64,000 nucleotides of DNA from an uncultured Candidatus Saccharibacteria bacterium (GTDB taxonomy: Bacteria > Patescibacteriota > Minisyncoccia > Phycocordibacterales > SBAW01): assembly GCA_964615415.1 (NCBI GenBank), contig CAZTNI010000002.1, positions 4,873-68,872 on the forward strand. The letters run 5' to 3'. Positions 56,180 through 64,000 of this stretch are shown here, piece by piece. The number at the start of each line of letters is the position of its first letter. The stretch's first letter is position 1. The translations under genes were made by a program, and so were the position numbers. A model generated the notes under the pieces. It did not search any database, was not told where the DNA came from, and worked only from the letters and a program-made list of their open reading frames with translations.

Positions 56180-57082
56180 CTACCTTTTTAAAAACGCTTT
56201 AGCTAACCGAAGCGCCTCGGTTTTGTTAGCTACCCAGTTAATTTCTTTATTCTTTTTAAACCATGTTAGTTGACGCTTGGCATACTTTTTAATTTCTTGT
56301 TCGAGTTCTGCTAGCATTTCTTCTTTTGAAAGCTTGCCTTGCAGGTGGCGGGCAAGGTAGCGATATTCAAGGCCAAGCATCTCCATGCGTGTATACGAAA
56401 GACCCGCTTTGTGGAGGCGCTTTGCTTCCACGATCATCCCCTGTTGCATGCGTGCCGCCAAACGCTTGGAAATGCGTTTATAGAGCGCAGGAAGGGGGAA
56501 GGTGATACCGAGCCAGAGAACATCATACGGGCTCTCGGTAGTGGGTTCAGGACTCTTCCCTAAAGCTGCTGCGATTTCGAGTGCGCGTACCAACCGTACT
56601 GGGTTGTGTTTGTCGATCGTTTTCGCACGAGCGGGGTCTTTTTTCTCGAGCATTGCAAAGAGTTGTTCGGTAGATTTCTTTTCTAGTTTTTTGCGCAGTG
56701 CGGGGTTTGGTGGAACTTCCGGAAGGACGAAGCGGCCGGTCAGTGTGTCTACATAAAACCCCGTGCCGCCTACAACAATCGGGATGTTGTTGTTTTTTGA
56801 AATTTTTTCAATAACTTGTGTTGCCTGCTTTTTAAAATCATCCGCAGTGAACACTACTTTAGGAGATGCGACATCAAGCAGGTGGTGGGGCACACCCGCC
56901 ATTTCTTTTTTAGTAACCTTACCAGTGCCAATGTCGAGCCCTTTATAGACCTGACGACTGTCAGCAGAAACAACCTCACCGCAAATTTTTTGCGCTAAAA
57001 AGATCCCCAGGGCGCTTTTCCCCGAGGCGGTAGGGCCAACAATGGCTATAACTTTAAGTTTAGACACCTCAAACTTGTACAA
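56180..57082 (-). CDS. miaA: tRNA dimethylallyltransferase
   Basis: VIAIVGPTASGKSALGIFLA P-loop; ADSRQVYKGLDIGTGK. Confidence 0.9.
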   Translation of the reverse strand: MYKFEVSKLKVIAIVGPTASGKSALGIFLAQKICGEVVSADSRQVYKGLDIGTGKVTKKEMAGVPHHLLDVASPKVVFTADDFKKQATQVIEKISKNNNIPIVVGGTGFYVDTLTGRFVLPEVPPNPALRKKLEKKSTEQLFAMLEKKDPARAKTIDKHNPVRLVRALEIAAALGKSPEPTTESPYDVLWLGITFPLPALYKRISKRLAARMQQGMIVEAKRLHKAGLSYTRMEMLGLEYRYLARHLQGKLSKEEMLAELEQEIKKYAKRQLTWFKKNKEINWVANKTEALRLAKAFLKR

Positions 57083-57153
57083 CGATTGTTTAAAAAAGGA
57101 AAGGAGGCTAGAATGCGGTCGGACTTGTACAACGACAAGCAGAGGAGACCGAG

Positions 57154-57822
57154 ATGCGGTCCGAACAGGAATGGGAAGACATCTGTCGTCGCCGAAAGGC
57201 GTACTGGGAACACTCTGGTGACCCCTCGCAACCGCATGTGATTATTACGAGCGAGGATCACAGCAGAGGTTACTTTAACGGAGAACAAGTTCTCCAAGAC
57301 ACGTGGCTTGCGGACGAAATGTCCCGTGAGCTGATCGAGAAACTGGTACAAGCTGGGTTCGATCTTGATTCTATCGACCGAGTGATTGGTCCTGCTATGG
57401 GTGCGGTTACTTGGGTCGACCTTCTTTCTCTTAACATTGGAAGACGTCGGGGCCGTCCGTGTTTGAGAGCGTTCGCTGAGAAAGAGAGCGAAGGAAAGGG
57501 AAAAACCTTTATCTTCAAGCGGGGCGATATTCAGCCGGGTGAACGTGCTCTGACTAGTGAGGATGCTAGCACCAAGCTCGAGAGTGTTGCAGGGACTGAT
57601 AAAGCCTTTATGGATGTCGGCGGCACCACTGTCGACTTCTATGCCCTCATTCTTAATAGATCTGGTAAGACGGAGGTCGGGCCTAAGAAAATCGTTTCAC
57701 TCTGGAAACGAGACTTGCCCACGTGGCCTAAGCACGAGTGTCCACTATGTCGTGCTGGCTCAGTCGCTTTGCGGCCGAAGGGTCGCCAGAACTGGGCTCG
57801 GCTCAACCTAGTAGCAGCGTAG
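57154..57822 (+). CDS. type I phosphoribosyltransferase-like protein (PyrE-like, PRPP motif divergent)
   Basis: N-terminal HVIITSEDHSRGYFNGEQVL...DRVIGPAMGAVTWVDLLS resembles the orotate PRTase hood/loop region; the canonical VLLVDDVLTTG motif is degenerate (ALTSEDASTKLES). Confidence 0.4.
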   Translation: MRSEQEWEDICRRRKAYWEHSGDPSQPHVIITSEDHSRGYFNGEQVLQDTWLADEMSRELIEKLVQAGFDLDSIDRVIGPAMGAVTWVDLLSLNIGRRRGRPCLRAFAEKESEGKGKTFIFKRGDIQPGERALTSEDASTKLESVAGTDKAFMDVGGTTVDFYALILNRSGKTEVGPKKIVSLWKRDLPTWPKHECPLCRAGSVALRPKGRQNWARLNLVAA

Positions 57823-57947
57823 AATGTATAAAAAGGCCGGAGGAATCCGGCCTTTATTTTTTGTGTGGAAAAAGGGAAGGAGTGGGTTGTGCTACAGTGG
57901 GGGCGGAATAGGTTCTTCGCATATATGCGAAATTAAAGGAGAGAACA

Positions 57948-58730
57948 GTGAGAGAGTTGGAGCCAAAGGACTACCTAACGGTCTCGATCGATATCAAGCC
58001 GATGCGGTCTACTGACCGCACGGTGTCGTCTATCGATAGTCGAGCTGCCGAGGCAGAAGCAAAACGCATCGTCTATTGCGTAAAGGACACCGGGGTAACC
58101 ATCAAGCTTAATACGATCCTACGCGCACGTGGCTACGGCCTCATTGCGCATGTGCGTTCGTACGGCTTGCCTATGTTCGTCGACCTAAAACTTTTAGATA
58201 CCACTGCGACGCTTGAGGGAGATGGATTGTTCCTCGAAGAAGTAAGGCCTGAAATCCTTACTGTGGCCCGGGGAGCTGGGCCAAAAGCTATTGAGGCGCT
58301 GCGCCGGCACCTCCCCAATACGGAGCTCCTTTGTGTCGGTGTGCCGACCAGTATGGACGACGAGGAGTGTCGGTGGGCGTATGGAATGACTGTTGCAGAA
58401 ACGCAAGCAGGGCTCGTTGCTTTCGCAGAAAAGGCTTCCTTGCATGGTGTTGTGTGTGCAGGCACCGAGATCGAGATGATGCGGGGTCTGGCAAACAAGC
58501 CTCTCGAGTTCAGTGCGGTTAATATCCGCCCTGCAAATATTTCAATTGTGGGAGATGATCAGAATCCTCACCGTGCCATGACCCCAACAGAGGCGATTCT
58601 GCGGGGAGCGCGTAGAGTCATCATCGGCCGCCCGGTCTGGCAGTCAGTAAACCCGTACGACACGGTTCGTCGACTGCTCGACGAAATAGCTCTGGCGCTC
58701 GAGAAGCGCAAAACGCTCATTGCAGCCTAA
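57948..58730 (+). CDS. OMP-decarboxylase-fold protein (PyrF/KGPDC family)
   Basis: FVDLKLLDTTAT (the D-x-K-x-x-D catalytic region) and a C-terminal VIIGRPVWQSVNPYDTVRRLLDEI phosphate-binding tail. Confidence 0.55.
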   Translation: MRELEPKDYLTVSIDIKPMRSTDRTVSSIDSRAAEAEAKRIVYCVKDTGVTIKLNTILRARGYGLIAHVRSYGLPMFVDLKLLDTTATLEGDGLFLEEVRPEILTVARGAGPKAIEALRRHLPNTELLCVGVPTSMDDEECRWAYGMTVAETQAGLVAFAEKASLHGVVCAGTEIEMMRGLANKPLEFSAVNIRPANISIVGDDQNPHRAMTPTEAILRGARRVIIGRPVWQSVNPYDTVRRLLDEIALALEKRKTLIAA

Positions 58731-58772
58731 AGAAAAGCCCCTGCCAAGTATGGCGGGGGTTCTTTTTACATG

Positions 58773-58856
58773 TGCCGCGGGAGAGAATCGAACTCTCATG
58801 ACCTTGCGATCGAGGGATTTTGAGTCCCTTGCGTCTACCAATTCCGCCACCGCGGC
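58773..58856 (-). tRNA. tRNA-Leu (anticodon CAA)
   Basis: Anticodon loop CTCAAAA; long variable arm; acceptor GCCGCGG/CCGCGGC. Confidence 0.9.
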
Positions 58857-58878
58857 ATGTCTGTGTTAGTATATCTGC

Positions 58879-59979
58879 ATGTCAAAGTTTTACAATAACG
58901 CCATTTTTTGGGTCGATGTCGACAAGATCAAGCCGAACCCCTTCCAACCTCGCAAAGAATTCGATCAGGCGAAGCTCGACGACCTTGCAAAGTCGATCCG
59001 TCAGTACGGCGTTATCCAACCCCTTACCGTTTCTCGTAAAGAAGTAGAGAAGGCGGAGGGCGGTCTTGCCGCAGAGTACGAACTTATTGCTGGCGAGCGC
59101 CGTTTACGTGCCTCAAAAATGGCGGGGATTGCACAGGTGCCGGTTTTAATCCGCGAGGCGTTTGATGACGACAAGACAAAGCTTGAAATTGCGATTATTG
59201 AAAACCTCCAGCGCGAAGATCTTAATGCAATCGACCGCGCAAAAGCGTTTGACCGCTTGGTAAAAGAGTTCGGCTTTAAACACACCGACATTGCAGAAAA
59301 GGTAGGGAAGAGTCGCGAGTATGTGTCGAACACGATTCGCCTCCTCATGTTGCCTCCCGAGATGCAACAAGCGCTCGCAGAGGGAAAGATTTCCGAAGGC
59401 CATACGCGCCCGCTCCTCATGCTTGCAGAGCGTCCGCAGGAGCAAAATACGCTCTTTCGAGAGATTATGTTGAAGCGCCTGACCGTGCGCGACACGGAAA
59501 GTATTGCACGCCGCATTGCGACCGACCGCGTGCGCAAGAAGGAATATCTCTTTAGTCCGGAAGTGTTGGAGATGGAGCGCGAATTGACGCAAGCACTCGG
59601 GACCCGCGTTGCTATTGAGCCGAAGGAAAACGGCGGCAAAGTTTCAATTGACTATATGAACGAGGAAGACTTGCGTGCGATCTTTGCAGCGCTCCATGCG
59701 CGTCTGCAAGGAGCGACGTCTCCTGCTGGGACACAAAAAGGTCTGGCCGAAGTGTCGCCGGAGCTTGGTGGGCAGAGCAACCCTCCTGCTGTGCAAAATG
59801 GTCTGGCCCGAGATGGCGCCGAGCCGATACGGGAGAACCGAGGACCTTTTGCACAGCAGGAGGTTGCGGCAGCTACTCCCGTCTCTTCCGAAGACAATGT
59901 AAATCCCCTTGATGATCGCTCGAAGGAGGAAAAAGAGATCGACGAAAACTCTTTTAATCCAAATTCGTTTTCTATCTAA
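58879..59979 (+). CDS. parB: chromosome partitioning protein ParB (Spo0J) with a low-complexity C-terminal extension
   Basis: ParB box GERRLRAS, HTH region, and the N-terminal IDVDKIKPNPFQPR. Confidence 0.85.
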   Translation: MSKFYNNAIFWVDVDKIKPNPFQPRKEFDQAKLDDLAKSIRQYGVIQPLTVSRKEVEKAEGGLAAEYELIAGERRLRASKMAGIAQVPVLIREAFDDDKTKLEIAIIENLQREDLNAIDRAKAFDRLVKEFGFKHTDIAEKVGKSREYVSNTIRLLMLPPEMQQALAEGKISEGHTRPLLMLAERPQEQNTLFREIMLKRLTVRDTESIARRIATDRVRKKEYLFSPEVLEMERELTQALGTRVAIEPKENGGKVSIDYMNEEDLRAIFAALHARLQGATSPAGTQKGLAEVSPELGGQSNPPAVQNGLARDGAEPIRENRGPFAQQEVAAATPVSSEDNVNPLDDRSKEEKEIDENSFNPNSFSI

Positions 59980-61509
59980 CTAGTTTTTCTTTTCCGCATC
60001 GAGTGCGTTTCTGATGTGGCGGCGGGCAAGCGTCGTTTTTGCTATATCGAGCCATTTTTGTTTCGGCCATGCAGACTTGCGGGTTTCAATATCAACAATG
60101 TCACCGTTGTGGAGCGTGGTGTTAAGCGGCACCATTTTCCCATTTACCTTAACGCCAAAGATGTGGTTGCCAACGTCCGAGTGAATAGCGTAGGCGAAGT
60201 CTATAGGACTTGAGTGTGCAGGGAGGTCGACTACGTCGCCTTTTGGTGTAAAGACGAATACTCGATGCGAAAAGAGGTCAGACTTTAAACTGGTTTCAAA
60301 GTCAGGCTCTTCCATTTCCTCGTCCAAGCGCGATAGCCACTCTGGAGCACTCGGAGGACTATATTTATTTGGGTCGCTCGGGGGTGTCGGATTCGATTTG
60401 CCGCGACGCAGCAAACTCGGGATAAGACTTTTAATCCACACAAAGCTTGAGGCTTTGCCGGTAGTGCCACCCGCCTTTGCTTGTTCCTTGTAGTTAACGT
60501 GCGCAGCGATACCAAACTGCGCCTCTTGATGCATCTCCTTGGTGCGGATCTGTACCTCGACGATCCCGCCGTCGCCAGTAAACACGGTGGTGTGTAAACT
60601 CTTGTAGCCGTTTGGTTTCGGAAAGGCGATGTAGTCTTTAATTTTATTCGGTAGCGGCTGCCAGACATTGTTCACAATACCGAGTACGCGGTAACAATCC
60701 GCCTCGTTTTCAAGTACCACGCGCACTGCGGCGATGTCATGGATATTTCCGATATCGCCTCCTTTGCGCTTGAGTTTTTGCCAGAGACTCCACAGACCCT
60801 TTACGCGGCTATCGGTTTCAAATTTAGTTATGCCTGCGCCTGCGAGTTCTTTTTTAAGTGTGCGCATCATCTTTTCGAGGCGCTCTTGGGTTTCTTTTGT
60901 TTTTTCTGTAAGGAGTCGCTTTGCTTCTGCAAATTCTTCCGGGTATGCGTATTGAAACGCAAGGTCTTCCAGTTCGCGGCGGACAACGCCCATACCAAGG
61001 CGGTGGGCGATAGCAGCGTAAATTTCAATTGTCTCAAGTGCGATGCGTTTGCGTTTTTCTTCCGGCACGTGCTGCAGCGTGCGCATGTTATGCAGGCGGT
61101 CCATCAACTTAATGATGAGGACACGTGCGTCTTCGCTGGTTGCAACAAGGAGTTTGCGCAGCGACTCTCGGTGGCGCTCGGTGCCGCGGTACTTTAGGTG
61201 GCCGAGCTTCGTAACCCCTTCGACAAGAAAGGTAATCTCTTTACCGAACTCTTTTTCAAGAGTTTCCGGCTGTACGTTAACGTCTTCAATGGAGTCGTGG
61301 AGGAGGCCCGCTGCTATCGTTTTAGCGCTCATACCGAGGTCGGCAAGGCCTTTTGCGGTCTCTACCAGGTGGATCAAATACGGCTCGCCAGAGAGGCGTT
61401 TATGGTCTTTGTGGGCCTCTAAAACAAAGTTAAAGGCCTTTTCAACTAGCGCCTTGTCCTCGGCTGTAGGCGAGCCCATCCGCTCCCAGATGTCTTTGAC
61501 AGTAGGCAT
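59980..61509 (-). CDS. rel: bifunctional (p)ppGpp synthetase/hydrolase, RelA/SpoT family (HD + synthetase + TGS)
   Basis: HD motif HLVETAKGLADL...LHDSIED; synthetase region AAVRVVL...HTTVFTGDGGIVEVQIRT; C-terminal TGS (VFVFTPKGDVVDLPAHSSPIDFAYAIHSDVG). Confidence 0.9.
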   Translation of the reverse strand: MPTVKDIWERMGSPTAEDKALVEKAFNFVLEAHKDHKRLSGEPYLIHLVETAKGLADLGMSAKTIAAGLLHDSIEDVNVQPETLEKEFGKEITFLVEGVTKLGHLKYRGTERHRESLRKLLVATSEDARVLIIKLMDRLHNMRTLQHVPEEKRKRIALETIEIYAAIAHRLGMGVVRRELEDLAFQYAYPEEFAEAKRLLTEKTKETQERLEKMMRTLKKELAGAGITKFETDSRVKGLWSLWQKLKRKGGDIGNIHDIAAVRVVLENEADCYRVLGIVNNVWQPLPNKIKDYIAFPKPNGYKSLHTTVFTGDGGIVEVQIRTKEMHQEAQFGIAAHVNYKEQAKAGGTTGKASSFVWIKSLIPSLLRRGKSNPTPPSDPNKYSPPSAPEWLSRLDEEMEEPDFETSLKSDLFSHRVFVFTPKGDVVDLPAHSSPIDFAYAIHSDVGNHIFGVKVNGKMVPLNTTLHNGDIVDIETRKSAWPKQKWLDIAKTTLARRHIRNALDAEKKN

Positions 61510-61563
61510 AGATAATTGAATAGTACATCGTTTTTACCCTTAAAATAAGGGCCTCTTGACGTA

Positions 61564-61592
61564 TTGACAAATCCGTTGTTTGGGTGTATAAT
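61564..61592 (+). promoter_or_regulatory. consensus sigma70-type promoter (TTGACA-17-TATAAT)
   Basis: Exact hexamers at 61564-61569 and 61587-61592. Confidence 0.55.
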
Positions 61593-61619
61593 AAAGGGGT
61601 AAGCACTTTCTCTTGGGAG

Positions 61620-61811
61620 ATGGAAATGGACGAAGAAGAAGTTGCTCGTATCCGCAATGAAGGTGTCCTCGAGATCAAACTCGAAAATGATCTGATGGAT
61701 CTTGATGTTCTGATGGCGGTTGCCAGGGATATCTTTCCGGAAGGTCGTCTCGTTATGACACTTCATCCTAACAAGACTGGTGTGCGTATCCTTAGTCTTG
61801 CTTCTGCGTAG
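61620..61811 (+). CDS. small acidic hypothetical protein (about 62 aa)
   Basis: Shine-Dalgarno GGGAG before ATG; MEMDEEEVARIRNEGVLEIKLEND...; followed by a bidirectional terminator. Confidence 0.4.
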   Translation: MEMDEEEVARIRNEGVLEIKLENDLMDLDVLMAVARDIFPEGRLVMTLHPNKTGVRILSLASA

Positions 61812-61884
61812 AGACAACTAGTCGAGCTCCATCTGACCTACTTCTAGGAATATCGAACTTGGGAAATATGACCCCCTGAAAGCC

Positions 61885-61912
61885 GCCTCCAACTCTGTTG
61901 GGGGCTTTCTTA
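61885..61912. terminator. bidirectional rho-independent terminator
   Basis: GCCTCCAAC-tct-GTTGGGGGC followed by TTTCTTATT; serves both topA and the small + strand gene. Confidence 0.65.
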
Positions 61913-64000
61913 TTCCGCTTTTGCTTTGCGGGCGAAGCCTCTTCGTTTCTTTTCTTCCTTTAGAATTTCGAGTGCTCTTTCAAGAGTGATGGTGTAGACG
62001 TCGTCAGTTTTAAGTGAGCGGAAGTCTGGTTTTGGTTTGGTGTTGTGTGCAATGTATGGACCAAAGCGTCCAACGTTCGCCGTAATTTTCTCTCCTGTGT
62101 CTGGGTGTACGCCAAGCTCGCGTGGGAGTGCAAGATATTTGAGCGCGTCTTCAAGCGTTACATCTTCCGGCAATTTTTCTTTAGGTATAGACGCGCGGCG
62201 CGGTTTTGTTTTTTTACCTTTTACGACTTCGCCCACCTGTACATACGGGCCAAAGCGTCCATTAAGTACATAAATAGGTTCGCCGGTCTCTGGCCAGTTA
62301 CCAAGCGGTTTTGGCGGCTCGTTTGAAATAACTTCGCCGGTTTCTGTGCGTGAACCGGTACAGTCAGGGAAGCGCGTACAGCTCATAAACTTTCCTTGGC
62401 GCGAAAGTTTATAGACCATCTTGCTGCCGCAGATGGGGCACGGGAATTCTTTCGGTGCAGGACCAAGGTCGGTAATCTTGCCGGCCTCTTTGTCTTTTAC
62501 TTTTACTTCTTTGTGGAATGGGGTATAGAAGTCGCGCAATGTTTTTTCATACTCGCGTTTGCCTTCTGCTATCTCGTCCAACTCGTCTTCCATTTCTGCG
62601 GTAAAGGTGTCGCTGATGTACGTAGGGAAGTTATCTTCCAAGAAAGTAGAGACAACATCGCCAGTTTCGGTCGGAATAAGTGTGCGGCCTTCCTTGGTAA
62701 CGTAACCGCGGTCGGCAAGCGTTTTCATAATACTTGCGTAGGTCGAGGGGCGGCCGATACCGCGCTTCTCAAGTTCTTTAATGAGTCCTGCTTCGCTGTA
62801 GCGGGTCGGTGGAGTGGTTTGCTTTTCTTCTGCAGCGACATCCTTTACGTCGAGTACATCGCCACCAGAAACTTTTGGCAATTCTACGTCCTCGCCGCGA
62901 GCATCTGGGTCGGCCTTAAGCCAGCCATCAAACACAACGCGTGAGCCGTTTGCAGCAAACTCCGGCACCTTGCTGTCTTTTGTTTTTGCAATAATCTTCG
63001 TCTTTAAGAGTTTTGCATCTGCCATCTGTGAAGCGATGGTGCGGCTCCAGATAAGTTCATAGAGTTTCTTCTGTTCTGGTGTGCCACCAACCGTCTCTTT
63101 TTCTATGTGTGTAGGGCGAATAGCCTCGTGTGCTTCCTGCGCGTTCTTCGATTTTGCTGCAAAGGTGTGTTCCTCTACATAGTTTTTGCCGTACTTCTTT
63201 TCTATGAGGCCATGCATCGCAGTCTTTGCTTGTGCGGCAAGGTTGGTCGAGTCGGTACGCATGTACGTAATGTGGCCCGCTTCGTACAATTTTTGCGCGA
63301 TGCGCATCGTGTTAGATGGCGAAAGTCCTAGGCGTGTTGATGCGGCCTGTTGCAAGGTCGAGGTAGTAAACGGCGCCTTTGGTGCGCGCTTCATGTCGCT
63401 TTCTGTTACATCAGCAACACTAAGCCCATCTTTTTTGACCGCTTCAAGAATATGATCAACTTGTTTTTTGTCGCGCGGCTCTTCAGTGCAGGTAAGCAGG
63501 AGTGCATCCTTTTTGGGAGTTATTGTGTTTGCAGTGATAACCCAGTAGGTTTCAGGTTTAAAGGCGCGGATCTCACGCTCGCGTTCCATGATGATGCGCA
63601 GCGCGGGCGACTGTACGCGACCAGCAGAAAGTCCGTAGCGCACTTTTTTCCAAATTAATCCTGAAAGGTCGTAACCCACCAGGCGGTCCAAGACACGGCG
63701 CGCCTCCTGGGCATAGCGAAGATGTTCGTCGATTTTGCGTGGGTGTTCAAGCGCTTCTTTAATAGCGTCCTTTGTAATTTCGTGGAAGGCAATGCGCTCT
63801 GCTTTTTTAAGCTTTAGTTCGTCTTGAATATGCCATGCGATAGCTTCGCCCTCGCGGTCGGGGTCGGTTGCAAGGTACACATGGTCTGCTTTGTGTGCGA
63901 GGCGACCAAGTTCTTCAATAATATCCGCCTTGCCGGGCACCACTTCGTAGTGGGGAATAAAGCCGCCTTCAATATCGATCGCTTTTTTGTTGCTCTTTGG
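61910..64000 (-). CDS. topA: DNA topoisomerase I (N-terminus runs off the window end)
   Basis: Toprim/type IA core (DPDREGEAIAWHI, the active-site Tyr region RYSEAGLIKELE) and a C-terminal zinc ribbon CPICGSKM...CTRFPDC. The ORF is still open at position 64000. Confidence 0.9.
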   Translation of the reverse strand, partial: PKSNKKAIDIEGGFIPHYEVVPGKADIIEELGRLAHKADHVYLATDPDREGEAIAWHIQDELKLKKAERIAFHEITKDAIKEALEHPRKIDEHLRYAQEARRVLDRLVGYDLSGLIWKKVRYGLSAGRVQSPALRIIMEREREIRAFKPETYWVITANTITPKKDALLLTCTEEPRDKKQVDHILEAVKKDGLSVADVTESDMKRAPKAPFTTSTLQQAASTRLGLSPSNTMRIAQKLYEAGHITYMRTDSTNLAAQAKTAMHGLIEKKYGKNYVEEHTFAAKSKNAQEAHEAIRPTHIEKETVGGTPEQKKLYELIWSRTIASQMADAKLLKTKIIAKTKDSKVPEFAANGSRVVFDGWLKADPDARGEDVELPKVSGGDVLDVKDVAAEEKQTTPPTRYSEAGLIKELEKRGIGRPSTYASIMKTLADRGYVTKEGRTLIPTETGDVVSTFLEDNFPTYISDTFTAEMEDELDEIAEGKREYEKTLRDFYTPFHKEVKVKDKEAGKITDLGPAPKEFPCPICGSKMVYKLSRQGKFMSCTRFPDCTGSRTETGEVISNEPPKPLGNWPETGEPIYVLNGRFGPYVQVGEVVKGKKTKPRRASIPKEKLPEDVTLEDALKYLALPRELGVHPDTGEKITANVGRFGPYIAHNTKPKPDFRSLKTDDVYTITLERALEILKEEKKRRGFARKAKAE

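Noticed and set aside
1-64000. CRISPR arrays, IS elements or transposases, integrases, rRNA genes
   Set aside because: I scanned for regularly spaced direct repeats and for transposase or integrase motifs (DDE, tyrosine-recombinase RHRY) and found none. I found no 16S, 23S or 5S-like sequence.

Overview
This 64 kb window reads as a gene-dense bacterial chromosomal segment of about 50% GC with no rRNA, CRISPR array or transposase. The housekeeping gene set has a small-genome look: a short ValRS without the C-terminal coiled-coil tail, an N-terminally truncated IF-2, a compact Rel enzyme, and many tRNAs scattered singly. That would fit a Patescibacteria/CPR-like or other reduced genome, but this is inference only and is not verifiable from sequence alone.

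Recognised housekeeping genes are murJ, lepA, valS, tsaD, an MsbA-like ABC exporter, ftsZ, ftsA, ybeY, rpsU, a HisRS-like gene, lepB, pth, rpsA, gyrA, rbfA, infB, a cysteine desulfurase, clpB, rpmG, miaA, parB, rel/spoT and a partial topA. I parsed 13 canonical tRNAs by hand and read their anticodons directly: Gly-CCC, Arg-CCT, Phe-GAA, Val-GAC, Glu-TTC, Ser-CGA, Leu-TAG, Lys-CTT, Leu-TAA, Cys-GCA, Tyr-GTA, Gly-TCC and Leu-CAA. There is also one aberrant 128-nt tRNA-Ser-like element carrying a perfect 28-nt palindrome.

Several consensus sigma70-like promoters (TTGACA, 16-17 nt spacer, TATAAT) and many strong rho-independent terminators are visible.

Accessory or unusual content, in order of interest:
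- An AT-rich island right after gyrA encodes an Mrr-like PD-(D/E)XK nuclease fused to a C-terminal ASCH (PUA-like) domain, overlapping a NUDIX hydrolase gene. This is a candidate modification-dependent restriction/defence module, and there is a sharp GC break inside the fusion gene.
- A tandem array of four small paralogous 2-TM proteins with a conjugative-pilin (VirB2/TrbC-like) architecture, plus a fifth copy elsewhere fused to an NlpC/P60-like cell-wall hydrolase domain.
- A sortase with a minimal Thr-rich substrate that has a VPNTG sorting signal.
- GC-rich (60-65%) islets encoding secreted, low-complexity or membrane proteins, including an SPFH/band-7 plus NfeD-like operon.
- A degenerate trypsin/HtrA-like pseudo-protease.
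- An sRNA candidate with a perfect consensus promoter.
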